The notes: generated by a model not told the origin, from the letters alone. A stretch of DNA of 64,000 bases from Promethearchaeia archaeon (GCA_029856145.1 JAHQWK010000008.1:64001-128000); one strand, 5' to 3'; counted from the first letter of the stretch, positions 10,492-20,126 are shown. Program-made: numbers and translations.

Positions 10492-10989
10492 TTATGCCTC
10501 CTCCTTTGGAATGTTGCTTTCAAAATTAGTTTCCTTTAAAATTTTCTTTATTTCATCAACCGGTGCTGTTTTTATCGATGGAAGTCCTAATTTCTCTCGT
10601 CTGGCTATAATGGCTTTTGAATATGGAAGTGCAACTCCATTCTCTAAAACAGCCCTCCCCTGTGAAATAAAAGCTTCAGGAACATTGCCAGTAAGAAAAC
10701 ACTTATTTTTTATCAATGTAAAAATTTCGGTAATCTCAACCTTTTGAGGACATAGCTCAACACAAGTCTGACAAGTGGAACAAAGCCAAGGATTAGGATC
10801 TTGCTTTTCTATCAACTTATCTTTTAAACCCAAAATTGCTTCTTCAATAATTTTTCTAGGATTATAACTTCCTTGAGTTATCAGAGCAACAGGGCACCCA
10901 CCACTACAAGTACTACACTGATAGCAGTAGCTTAAAGAAGCATTATGTTTTAATACTTCATTTCGAAACTCAAAATTTATTACAGACAT
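10492..10989 (-). CDS. hdrC: Heterodisulfide reductase subunit C
   Basis: CYQCSTCSGGCP and WLCSTCQTCVELCPQ; first gene of the operon. Confidence 0.92.
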   Translation of the reverse strand: MSVINFEFRNEVLKHNASLSYCYQCSTCSGGCPVALITQGSYNPRKIIEEAILGLKDKLIEKQDPNPWLCSTCQTCVELCPQKVEITEIFTLIKNKCFLTGNVPEAFISQGRAVLENGVALPYSKAIIARREKLGLPSIKTAPVDEIKKILKETNFESNIPKEEA

Positions 10990-11220
10990 GTCTAAAAGTT
11001 TTATTATCCATCTACTAGATGATTAGAAAAATAATAGAGATTTAATAAATTTTTTAGAAAATTTCAATAACCAAATGCTTTAAATTTGTTATATATTATC
11101 AAAATTATAAAATTGGCGGTGCATTTTGACCACCTAATTCCCCTTATTGTGTATTTCTTCTAATCTTAGTAATTTTTTATAGGTAATTTTTTGGAACATT
11201 GAATAAAAGATAGATTTAGT

Positions 11221-11406
11221 GATCGAGAGCGATCAAAAACCCCCAAAATTGTTTAATTCTTTTAGTCATTTTTTTAACGATCGATTATAAAAATAATTCT
11301 GATCTATTTCAGTAATTTGGATTATTATTTTTGGATAAAAATATCTTTTTGCACTATGGATGGTCAATATTGATCGCATGGATCGAATAATGTTCATCAC
11401 ATGATC
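11221..11406. promoter_or_regulatory. GATC-rich divergent intergenic region upstream of the hdr operon
   Basis: Seven GATC tetramers in about 190 bp of very AT-rich DNA. Confidence 0.35.
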
Positions 11407-11566
11407 TATTTTTTCATAAATCGCTGTTTTCGAAACATAAAATGTCGAAAAGCGGTAATATTTAAATATGAAAAGTGATAATAGTATTTTAGTGATAAAT
11501 AATAATTAATAATATCAGAAGTTTTATAAAAAATTAATATACAATTTATAAGAAGTGATAAAAAAA

Positions 11567-11824
11567 ATGTGTAATAGTTGTAATTGCGACGCATATGACC
11601 AATGCTCGATAGTTGGTTACATGCCTGTTGGATTCTGTTGTACTAAATGTTATCTTTATAACGAGATGCACACGTGTTTAAAATCCACTGTGAAGGAGAA
11701 AGTGTCTAAGATTGAACCTGTGAGTGCTACGATTGAAGATGGTGTTTTAAAAGTCGTAGTTAGGAAAGATGAAAAAGAAGTTCCATTAGTGATTGACTTA
11801 GATAAACAGTTTGGCTCTGAATAG
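11567..11824 (+). CDS. Small Cys-rich, probably metal-binding protein
   Basis: MCNSCNCDAYDQC...FCCTKC...HTC followed by a short beta-rich tail. Confidence 0.65.
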   Translation: MCNSCNCDAYDQCSIVGYMPVGFCCTKCYLYNEMHTCLKSTVKEKVSKIEPVSATIEDGVLKVVVRKDEKEVPLVIDLDKQFGSE

Positions 11825-11873
11825 AATTTTCTAAATTTATTTTATTTTTCATCGAAGTCTAGGCATTACGAGA

Positions 11874-11933
11874 AAAAGTAAAAGGGTCAGTTCCCCAGCA
11901 AGTCCTTGAATAAAACGAGCGGGTGAGGTGAGT
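11874..11933 (+). repeat. Hairpin repeat copy A (left part only, truncated after the GAGGTGAGT loop)
   Basis: AAAAGTAAAAGGGTCAGTTCCCCAGCAAGTCCTTGAATAAAACGAGCGGGTGAGGTGAGT matches copies D-H. Confidence 0.9.
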
Positions 11934-11938
11934 TTCTC

Positions 11939-12160
11939 TTATTCCCATGCGGAATGATCTAAAATTGCGTTTGTTGGACACACATCTTGACACGCCATAC
12001 AATCAGTACACTCTCCAATATTCTCTGCTATGATTTTTCCATTAACTAATTTATAAACTTCTACAGGACACGCAATGATACAGTCCTCTGCACCAATGCA
12101 TCTGTCCAAGTCAATTTCAACCCAATGATCTTGATCTTCCCATTTTTTAATATTTACCAT
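11939..12160 (-). CDS. 2[4Fe-4S]-type ferredoxin
   Basis: CIGAEDCIIACP and CTDCMACQDVCP. Confidence 0.9.
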   Translation of the reverse strand: MVNIKKWEDQDHWVEIDLDRCIGAEDCIIACPVEVYKLVNGKIIAENIGECTDCMACQDVCPTNAILDHSAWE

Positions 12161-12293
12161 TTTTAGAATTCTCTTAGAATATTTAAGTTAAAATCAATTC
12201 ATTTTCTCTTTTTCTTCTTAAGGGTTGTTAAAATCTATTTAAATTTATAATTTATTCTTATTTTTCTAAAGCTTCTTTATTACCGTCGGAAAT

Positions 12294-13343
12294 CTAGTAT
12301 AAACGTAGAAAATTGAGAAATACTAATAAAAATCCTAATATAATGGTTAGTAAAAACAAATAAAAAGAATATACATTCCATTTATAGTGCCAAGTTCTTT
12401 TTTTGAGATCCCTCTTTCTTGATTTTTTGAAGCCAGTAATAGCTCCGGGTATGACAAGAATGATAGAAATTAAAGCTATTATACCATGAATAGTATAAAG
12501 TATGGCTCCTCTGTTTAAGAAGGTAGAGATAATCCAATATAAGAAAACACTTAAAGAAGTGAGAAAATAGCCAATACCAACGGTAATATGGAATTTCCTA
12601 TTTACAAATTTAGGAAGATCGTGAAAAAATTCAGTTACTGGAGACCTTTTTAATCCTGTCATAATAGCAACCCCTCCGAAAAGTAAAGAAATCGACAATA
12701 ACACAGCATGCCAAATCCAATCTGAGAAAGGTGTAATTGAAGCATCATCACTCCATCCTCGACTTTCCCAAAAACCTATATAATCATAATTTACAATCTC
12801 CATCCTAACGACCCATTTCACCCATTTATACCCTAGATGGTTTGGAGCAACAACTCTAACAGGAAATCCTTGTTCGACGGGAAGAACTTCACCATTCATT
12901 TCATATGCTAAAAGAACATTAGCCATACGTGCTTCTTCAATTGTCAAAGAGGAAGAATAATTATCTGCAGCATAAAAAACAACATCTATGGCCCCAGGTT
13001 TTACTTCCGCTAAATCTAGTAAATCCTTAACGGGAATTCCCTTCCATATTGCTGTAGCATATGGTCCATCAACACATTTTAGTGTAGCTAAAACCTCTTG
13101 TGAAGGTTGAGAAGTAAAGTTGGAATACGTAAAAGTCAAATTATTGTTGATATGTCCATTAATCGTTAATGTCCAATTATTTATCTCAATATGGGGAATT
13201 TCCCCCTTGCTTACTACAAAAAATTGATCATTAGGAGTAATAATAGCTCTACTAATTACGACTCCAGTCAATCCAATTAACGGAAGACATAACAAAATAA
13301 GAATTCCAATGTATTTTAAAAATATCTTTCTTTTTCTGTTCAT
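12294..13343 (-). CDS. Sulfite-oxidase-family molybdopterin oxidoreductase with C-terminal membrane domain
   Basis: TPNDQFF, Mo-ligand Cys in LKCVDG, LLAYEMNGEVLP..QGFPVR, GYKWVKW, GFWESRGW; about 4 C-terminal TM helices. Confidence 0.88.
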   Translation of the reverse strand: MNRKRKIFLKYIGILILLCLPLIGLTGVVISRAIITPNDQFFVVSKGEIPHIEINNWTLTINGHINNNLTFTYSNFTSQPSQEVLATLKCVDGPYATAIWKGIPVKDLLDLAEVKPGAIDVVFYAADNYSSSLTIEEARMANVLLAYEMNGEVLPVEQGFPVRVVAPNHLGYKWVKWVVRMEIVNYDYIGFWESRGWSDDASITPFSDWIWHAVLLSISLLFGGVAIMTGLKRSPVTEFFHDLPKFVNRKFHITVGIGYFLTSLSVFLYWIISTFLNRGAILYTIHGIIALISIILVIPGAITGFKKSRKRDLKKRTWHYKWNVYSFYLFLLTIILGFLLVFLNFLRLY

Positions 13344-13502
13344 AGAATATTCTTCAAATCTGAAATATATAATATTTTATAAGAGAATTAAAGAGTTATG
13401 ATAATCGCTTACAATTAAATCAATTAAGATTCCCTAATTTTAAAATTTCCTTGCTATAAATTATAAGATTCATATTTAAAATTATGTATTTTAAAAAAAA
13501 TG

Positions 13503-13543
13503 AAAAGGGTCAGTTAATGCGGTTTTTTTTAGTAAATAAGGAA
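13503..13543 (+). repeat. Collapsed hairpin-repeat remnant B (left-end and right-flank motifs only)
   Basis: AAAAGGGTCAGTT (13503-13515) and AGTAAATAAGGAA (13531-13543, as at the right flank of copy D) are separated by only 15 bp. Confidence 0.6.
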
Positions 13544-13604
13544 GATCTATAGTGAATTTTATTAAAATTAATACAATTAGATAATGAATAAAAATTAAAA
13601 AAAA

Positions 13605-15335
13605 TTATTTATATTTCTTATAAAATACGAGTCCTATTACTGCTATGGCTAGATATATTAGGTAATAATTACCGAAAGGAATTATATTCGGTTCTTCTTT
13701 AGCAATTCCAACTATTGCGAAAATACCCAAGTGATCTACACTGATTAGAACTTTTCCATCTCCAAGATCTATAAAATCTATTTTTTCCCACACTAAAGTA
13801 TCCATACTGAACCACCAAACTTCTATAGCCTTATATTTATTTACGTCGAAGTCAATGGTGATAGTTACAGGACCTTCCAAATTACTGGATTTGTTTATTA
13901 ATAAGTCAATGTACAGCAGACCATTTTTAAGGGATGCATATGTTGGATTATCAACCAACCCAGCAAAGAGTAAATGGGTAGCTTCAGAAACTGAAATCTC
14001 TACATTGATATCAAACTCTGTTGTACCATATGGGATGATGTTGAAATTATACCTTCCCTCGATTATTGTTGAATTTTTATAATATAAGAACCCCTGGTCA
14101 AAATTTGTTAAAGAAATACTATTATTCATGTATTTTATAATTCCATTTGGGAAATATTCTAAGTAATACACAATTTCTTGAGTTGATTTACGGATAATTT
14201 TTATCCAGTATTCACCATAAATTATCCTGTATTCTAAATCAAAATCCGGATCATACATTCTTATATTATCAAGCAGGTGATATAGATCAATACCCTTAGT
14301 TCCTTTTGGAACTAACAATGGCTGTCCACTCATGAAATATTCACCCGTCCTCATCAATAAATCTTCATTGGCAACAGCAATGGTAATATTTGAAGAGTCT
14401 AAAATCCAAGTTTCTGTTGGCCAATTCCATATAAAAATGTCTGCTCTGACTTCTTGAAATCCAGTTAATCCAAAATATGAGGATTTTGTAGAATTGATAA
14501 AGTCTATGATTTCTATTTTGTATTCCATTTTAAATAGGGATTTTCCCCCTGTATAAAAGATATCTCCAATATCTACGGCCCATTCAATGTCATCAAGAGG
14601 ATTAAAATCAAATATCCTAGTGAAATTAAGAGTAATACTATATGGAACCGTTCCTTGAATAGTAGTGTAAATTTCCCCAGTTTTTAATGTACCATTATTA
14701 TAATATTCTAATTTTACATATTCCCCGGATCCTGTACTGTTTTCAAGTAATATCGTATTAGGATCTGGAAATGATATGATTGGGGTTATATCGCCTCCTA
14801 AAAACATTATACAATCATCCTTCATTCTTTCAGCACACCATTGTATCATTAAACCATTGGTTCCATTTATTGGAATAAAAGGAGATGGGATTAGAGACAT
14901 GTAGGGATCAAATCCCAAGAAATCACCAACTCCCCCGTATGTAAAATTGACTAAAGAACAATTTACTATACCATAAGGCATTTCTTCTAATGAGTTGGTA
15001 GTTGTATTAAAAAATAAGTTTTTTAATTGGATTCCATAATAGTCGACACCAGTTCCTTTATAATTATTGAAATAAGTAATATCTGAGATATTATAGATAA
15101 CTCTAAATGGTCCAAAGAGAAGTTCAGTGCCATTATAATATCTAAGTTCCCAACCAACAACCGTACCCTCATCAAAATCCCAATAAATATTATCATTTGG
15201 AGGATCCAGAGGGGGATCGAAAGGTGTCGAAGCTACAGTATTTCTGATATTCAAATTTATCATTGAGAACAACAATATTAATGTAAATATTACTGACAAT
15301 ATTAAAACTCTATTTTTAACCATTTTGGATTTCAC
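13605..15335 (-). CDS. Secreted, C-terminally anchored cell-surface glycoprotein (Loki-CTERM-like tail)
   Basis: Signal peptide, many N-x-S/T sequons, C-terminus IPFGNYY + TM helix + KKYK. Confidence 0.75.
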   Translation of the reverse strand: MKSKMVKNRVLILSVIFTLILLFSMINLNIRNTVASTPFDPPLDPPNDNIYWDFDEGTVVGWELRYYNGTELLFGPFRVIYNISDITYFNNYKGTGVDYYGIQLKNLFFNTTTNSLEEMPYGIVNCSLVNFTYGGVGDFLGFDPYMSLIPSPFIPINGTNGLMIQWCAERMKDDCIMFLGGDITPIISFPDPNTILLENSTGSGEYVKLEYYNNGTLKTGEIYTTIQGTVPYSITLNFTRIFDFNPLDDIEWAVDIGDIFYTGGKSLFKMEYKIEIIDFINSTKSSYFGLTGFQEVRADIFIWNWPTETWILDSSNITIAVANEDLLMRTGEYFMSGQPLLVPKGTKGIDLYHLLDNIRMYDPDFDLEYRIIYGEYWIKIIRKSTQEIVYYLEYFPNGIIKYMNNSISLTNFDQGFLYYKNSTIIEGRYNFNIIPYGTTEFDINVEISVSEATHLLFAGLVDNPTYASLKNGLLYIDLLINKSSNLEGPVTITIDFDVNKYKAIEVWWFSMDTLVWEKIDFIDLGDGKVLISVDHLGIFAIVGIAKEEPNIIPFGNYYLIYLAIAVIGLVFYKKYK

Positions 15336-15500
15336 TAAATTTATTTATAAGGTATTAGGAATAATAGAATATTTAAATGTTTCTCACACCCCGAATTAAA
15401 TTGAATTTTTCATATTCCAGTAAGAAAACTGATTTCTGTTAAATTTGCTTAATTGGTACATTTTATAGTCTGAAAATTAGATTTAAATTTAACTGTTCCA

Positions 15501-15521
15501 GAAAAAGTAAAAGAGTCAGTT
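15501..15521 (+). repeat. Hairpin-repeat left-end remnant C
   Basis: GAAAAAGTAAAAGAGTCAGTT, one mismatch to the left end of copy A. Confidence 0.6.
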
Positions 15522-15613
15522 TATTATTTACAACAAATATTTATAGTTCGATATAAAAGGTCATCTTATTAATTTTGATGATCATAAAAAAAAAAAATAA
15601 AAAAAAATTGTAT

Positions 15614-15712
15614 CTAATAATATATTTTACCAACAAACGCTCTTTTAGCGTCAAACTGGGCCTTAACATTTTTGTAATATTCATAACCATTTTCCATTTT
15701 TTTTTCCACCAT
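15614..15712 (-). CDS. Possible 32-aa small ORF
   Basis: MVEKKMENGYEYYKNVKAQFDAKRAFVGKIYY*, downstream of repeated AAGTGTGTATTA boxes. Confidence 0.3.
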   Translation of the reverse strand: MVEKKMENGYEYYKNVKAQFDAKRAFVGKIYY

Positions 15713-15735
15713 TTTTTTTGTTTAATTTTTTTTTG

Positions 15736-15891
15736 AGTGTGTATAATTTTTTATTCTCTGATCATAAAGTGTGTATTATCATATTTAAATGTTGTGGATC
15801 GAAGTGTGTATTACAAATCACAGAAAATGTGAATATTGTGAAAAGCAATGTTTTAATTATGTTCTATTATCTTTTTTAAAAGTGTGTATTA
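15736..15891. promoter_or_regulatory. Direct-repeat boxes AAGTGTGTATTA (3 perfect, 1 partial)
   Basis: 15767-15778, 15802-15813, 15880-15891; partial AGTGTGTAT at 15736-15744. Confidence 0.55.
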
Positions 15892-16098
15892 TAAAAATGA
15901 ATTACACAAAAAAATTCTTAAAAAGTCTAATAATTGCTGATTTGATTCTTTGTTTCTTTAAAAACACTCAATATTATTTTTGATAAATTGACCTATTTAG
16001 GCATTTCTTATGAAATATAAAATTGCAGAAGAAGATCGAGAGAAAAAAAATAGAAAAGAGTCTATAAAAAAGACAATAAAACATTTGGTAGTTCAATA

Positions 16099-16216
16099 TA
16101 AAGGGTCAGTTCCCCGACAAGTCCTTTAATAGAATGAGTGGGTGAGGTGAGTATTCAAAGGAATAAATCAGGGAACTGGTGGTATAATTGTGTGTTCAGT
16201 TCAGTAAATAAGGAAA
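16099..16216 (+). repeat. Hairpin repeat copy D (full)
   Basis: AAAGGGTCAGTTCCCC...GGTGAGGTGAGTATTCAAAGGA...GGGAACTG...AATTGTGTGTTCAG. Confidence 0.95.
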
Positions 16217-16274
16217 ATATTGATATTTTCTTTGAATTATTGACTTTAAGAAATTAAGATTGAGAGAAGAAGCT

Positions 16275-17372
16275 TTAATATGATTTAAATTCCCATTTAT
16301 CTAAATGCATATACATCGACCTTAGAATACTTGTTGTGTATGGCTCTCCGGATATTTCTTTAATATCTAGGAAAGCTTTTGTTATGTGTTTACAGAACTT
16401 CATACTCTTCATTCTTTTATTTATATAATTAGGACAGTCATGCTTAATAATTCTATTTTTTAAATCAATAAGTAAATTGTAATCTTGTCTCGATCCTGCA
16501 ATAACACTAAAAATTGTTTCACTGTTTACCATACCCCGAGTTTTCAGTTTAACATTCTTAATTTTTCGATTTTCGCGATCTACGTCTAATCTCGAGAAAT
16601 ACGTGATTAAATCCTCAAAACATAATTCTTTTGAACTCATTAATTCAGGGATAGGCCATTTGTCAAAAAGCATGTGCCTTCCAGCGACTAAAATATTAAT
16701 CTCTCCTGCATTTATTTCTTTAAGTGCTCTTGATAGATCCCATACCGTGGACCCAACTGTGAACACATCATCTATTATTAATACATCTTTTTCTTGGAGA
16801 TCATTAACATCTATTTTGTGAACCCCTTGGATATCATTAAATCGTTCTTCTAGTGTTTTTCCTTTATTTTTTCCTGTATCTTTCAATTTAAATGTTTTTT
16901 CAATAATACTTTCTAAATTAAATCCCAATTTTTTCAATTTTTTTAAAAAGGGATTAACAAGGTAAATGCATTGATTTTTCTCGTCTCTATTATACTTAGG
17001 GGGTATCGTTATATATGCTGTATTTTCAAATAAATCAATATTTTGGGTAAAGATGTAGGATAACCCATCTGCTAACAGTTTTCCCGCATATTTTTTAAAT
17101 TTTTCTCCTTTTTTAAATTTTAAAAGAGAAATAAGTTCAGAAAGAATGTTAATCGGGATTTTATAATTACCAATTTCATAAGCATGATATATACCTAATG
17201 TTTTGACTTTGTTAAAATACCATTCCTTAACTATATCGGGTGGAAGTGAGCAATTCAAGCATAAATCTAGACCTTTTTCCACTTGATTCATACACTTTAA
17301 GCAGAAAGGTTCTTGAATTAATCTTATTGGAATTTTCCCCTCGAGATAATAGGTATCCTTAAGATTTGTCAT
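16275..17372 (-). CDS. ComF-family phosphoribosyltransferase-like protein with N-terminal Zn ribbon and C-terminal SWIM-like finger
   Basis: CLKC..CLNC; VLIIDDVFTVGSTV PRT motif; HDCPN...FCKHI; adjacent to dprA. Confidence 0.8.
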   Translation of the reverse strand: MTNLKDTYYLEGKIPIRLIQEPFCLKCMNQVEKGLDLCLNCSLPPDIVKEWYFNKVKTLGIYHAYEIGNYKIPINILSELISLLKFKKGEKFKKYAGKLLADGLSYIFTQNIDLFENTAYITIPPKYNRDEKNQCIYLVNPFLKKLKKLGFNLESIIEKTFKLKDTGKNKGKTLEERFNDIQGVHKIDVNDLQEKDVLIIDDVFTVGSTVWDLSRALKEINAGEINILVAGRHMLFDKWPIPELMSSKELCFEDLITYFSRLDVDRENRKIKNVKLKTRGMVNSETIFSVIAGSRQDYNLLIDLKNRIIKHDCPNYINKRMKSMKFCKHITKAFLDIKEISGEPYTTSILRSMYMHLDKWEFKSY

Positions 17373-17397
17373 TTATGTTTCAAGAAAAAGAAAGTTA

Positions 17398-18408
17398 CTA
17401 ATATTTAAAAAGATTAGTTTGAACAACTGAATCTTTTTCTTTAGATTTTATTTGCTCTCTTTCTTCATATTCGAATAAGAGCATTTCTGCTATATAATCA
17501 ACATCATTTACATTACTAATTTTAGCTCCCCCCTTCTCCTTGATGATTTTGTTAGGAACATAAGCTTGCTCACATTCTTCAATTGGTTCTACTGCGATTG
17601 CTGGTTTTCCTTGTTCATCCCCAAAGCGTAACTGCCATTGAGTTCCACTAAACTTGTTTCCTTCCACAACAATATTTCCTAACCCTAATCCGCTTGTAAT
17701 TCGGTTCCTTATCTGCAATGCGCGTTTAGTTACGCTTTTGTAAGGGAATCTTTCAGATATTAAAGCTCCATTTGTCACAAGTTCCTTCACTAGTCTTTGA
17801 TTTTCTTTAGGATAAAGATTTAATATTCCGGAGGCAATAACACCTATAGCTCTCCCCCCGTTTTCAAGAGCACTCTCTATTGCGATTGTGTCGATACCTC
17901 TTGCGAATCCGCTGACAACCGTAAATCCTAATTCTGAGAATCTTTTTGCTATTGATCTTGCCATTTCTTTTCCATATTTTGTTGGATTTCTGGAGCCAAT
18001 AATTGCAACTGCTTTAAAATCTTGAGGATTAATTTCACCTTTTATAAATATTAGTTTTGGAGGTTGCTTAAGGAATTTTAAAATGGGAGGGTATCCTGTA
18101 TCAAAATAACTGAAACATTTTATTTGATTACTTTCACAAATTCTTAAATCTTGTTCTATTCTGTTAAAAACCTTGTTACTTTTTCTTTTTCCGAATTTGG
18201 TTATTTTCTCATCAAGCCCTCTAATTTGGGCGTTAAAATTGGTTTTTAAGCTTAGAAGGAATGACTTAAACTTATTTTCAGAAAAAGAAACAATTTCATT
18301 AAAGGAAAAGTCGTTCTTCTTAATGATTTTCAGGACAGATAACGGGAGTGATACTTCTCTACTTAAAAAAATGTAATCAATTAAATTTGACTGTTCCAGA
18401 ATTATCAC
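17398..18408 (-). CDS. dprA: DNA-processing protein DprA/Smf
   Basis: YP..LK....PP.L, VAIIGSRN, VSGFARGIDT, RNRITSG motifs. Confidence 0.93.
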   Translation of the reverse strand: MIILEQSNLIDYIFLSREVSLPLSVLKIIKKNDFSFNEIVSFSENKFKSFLLSLKTNFNAQIRGLDEKITKFGKRKSNKVFNRIEQDLRICESNQIKCFSYFDTGYPPILKFLKQPPKLIFIKGEINPQDFKAVAIIGSRNPTKYGKEMARSIAKRFSELGFTVVSGFARGIDTIAIESALENGGRAIGVIASGILNLYPKENQRLVKELVTNGALISERFPYKSVTKRALQIRNRITSGLGLGNIVVEGNKFSGTQWQLRFGDEQGKPAIAVEPIEECEQAYVPNKIIKEKGGAKISNVNDVDYIAEMLLFEYEEREQIKSKEKDSVVQTNLFKY

Positions 18409-18646
18409 ACTATTTGGAAGCTAAAAATTGTATAAAACTATATACAGAGAGTAAGTTTTTTAATCTTCTTATTCATTAATGATTAATTTTCAATATAAGA
18501 TTAATCATTAATCTTTTTAAATTGTTTTTCTTTACCGAATCTTCTTTTTAATTTATACTTATAAAAATTAATTGAACAAAAAGCTTATCATTTTCTTTTA
18601 TACACATAGTTCCAGATATTATGTTGTATAATAAATTAGACAAGAG

Positions 18647-18758
18647 AAAAGTAAAAGGGTCAGTTCCCCGACAAGTCCTTTAATAGAATGAGTAGGTGAG
18701 GTGAGTATTCGAAGGAATGAATCAGGGAACTGATGGTAGAATTGTGTGTTCAGTAAAT
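18647..18758 (+). repeat. Hairpin repeat copy E (full)
   Basis: Near-identical to copies D and G. Confidence 0.95.
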
Positions 18759-18792
18759 GTGATTTTATTAGAAAAAATAAAAGTAAGATTTT

Positions 18793-18810
18793 TTACGCAT
18801 TGGCTAAATT
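18793..18810 (-). pseudogene. 3' stub (..LANA*) of the 88-aa gene at 21425-21691
   Basis: TTACGCATTGGCTAAAT and flank AGAAAAAATAAAAGTAAGATT match 21402-21440. Confidence 0.75.
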
Positions 18811-18819
18811 CTACATATA

Positions 18820-19878
18820 TTATTCTTTTGAAGATGGATAATCACACTTAGTAGTTGGTTTAGTTTTCAATGCCAAGCGTTCTCGTTTCCAATCTTCTAT
18901 TCCCACGACTTTAAGGTTTTTTAAGAGTTCAAGTCCCTCAAAATTTTCAACAGGATTATCCCATAAACTTAGTTCCCTTAAATTAACTAAATTCTCAACA
19001 TTTTGCGTCTGCATTATTTTATTGTTGCTTAAATCTAAGTCTTCTAATTTCCATAACGAATCTAACCCCTCAATCTCAGAAATTTTGTTTTGTGCTAAGC
19101 TCAATCGCTTTAAATTTAGCAGACTTTCCAATCCTTTTATCTTAGAAATTTCATTTGCATCCAAATACAAATATTCCAAATTCTTAAGACTTTCTAGACC
19201 TTGTATTTCTTTAATTTTATTAGCACCAAGAATTAATTCTTTTAAATTACGTAAATTCTCAAGACCTTTTATCTTAGAAATTTCATTTCTATCTAAATAC
19301 AGATATTCTAAGTTCCTGAGACTCTCTAAACCTTCTAGTTCTTTAATTTTATTAGAACTGAGAATTAATTTCTTCAAATTATTTAAATTCTCAAGACCTT
19401 TGATTTCTGTAATATTATTCTCGTGAATGTTTAAAATCTCTAATTTTCTGAGCTCCTCCAGCCCTTTTATCTCAGTAATTTCATTTTGAGTGAGAATTAA
19501 CTTTTTTAAGCTAATTAAAGTGCCAAGCCCTTCTATATTTTTGATGGGATTACCATGATAATTAGCATCTCCAAAGTATAAACCTTCTAATTTCCTAAGG
19601 TTCGCTATTCCTTCAACCTTGGTAACGTAGTTCCCACTTATGTTTAAGAATTTTAGGTCTGTAAGATTCTCAAGATTCTCAAGTTTATCAATAATATTTC
19701 CCATAAGATACAATACTTCTAAATTATTCAATGTATCCAACCCCTCAACCTCAGAAAGACTACACGGAATAGTTATAAGCTCTAACTTATTATTATGAGC
19801 AAAATATTTTTTTCCTCGAATAATAGCATACTCTTCAGAATTTTTATCTGCCATCTCCAAGATATTTTTACGAAACAT
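18820..19878 (-). CDS. SDS22-like leucine-rich repeat protein, tandem copy 1
   Basis: About 12 22-aa repeats LxxLxxLxLxxNxIxxIxGL. Confidence 0.95.
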   Translation of the reverse strand: MFRKNILEMADKNSEEYAIIRGKKYFAHNNKLELITIPCSLSEVEGLDTLNNLEVLYLMGNIIDKLENLENLTDLKFLNISGNYVTKVEGIANLRKLEGLYFGDANYHGNPIKNIEGLGTLISLKKLILTQNEITEIKGLEELRKLEILNIHENNITEIKGLENLNNLKKLILSSNKIKELEGLESLRNLEYLYLDRNEISKIKGLENLRNLKELILGANKIKEIQGLESLKNLEYLYLDANEISKIKGLESLLNLKRLSLAQNKISEIEGLDSLWKLEDLDLSNNKIMQTQNVENLVNLRELSLWDNPVENFEGLELLKNLKVVGIEDWKRERLALKTKPTTKCDYPSSKE

Positions 19879-19958
19879 ACCTATATATATTTATGGGCAG
19901 TGATAACTATGAGAGTTCCATAAAAATAAAGAAATTAATTATTTCTAATATTCTTTAA

Positions 19959-20063
19959 AAAAGTAAAGGGTCAGTTCCCCGAAAAGTCCTTGAATAAAAC
20001 GAGTGGATGAGGTGAGTATTCAACGGAAAGGCGCAGGGAACTGGTGATAGAATTGTGTGTTCA
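19959..20063 (+). repeat. Hairpin repeat copy F (full, most diverged)
   Basis: TCAGTTCCCC..TCCTTGAATA..TATTCAACGGA..GGGAACTG..AATTGTGTGTTCA. Confidence 0.95.
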
Positions 20064-20108
20064 TGTTATCAAATTTAATTTTACTAGAAAAAATAAAAGT
20101 AAGATTAC

Positions 20109-20126
20109 TTACGCATTAGCTAAATT
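20109..20126 (-). pseudogene. 3' stub (..LANA*) of the 88-aa gene
   Basis: TTACGCATTAGCTAAAT directly abutting the LRR copy 2 stop codon. Confidence 0.75.
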
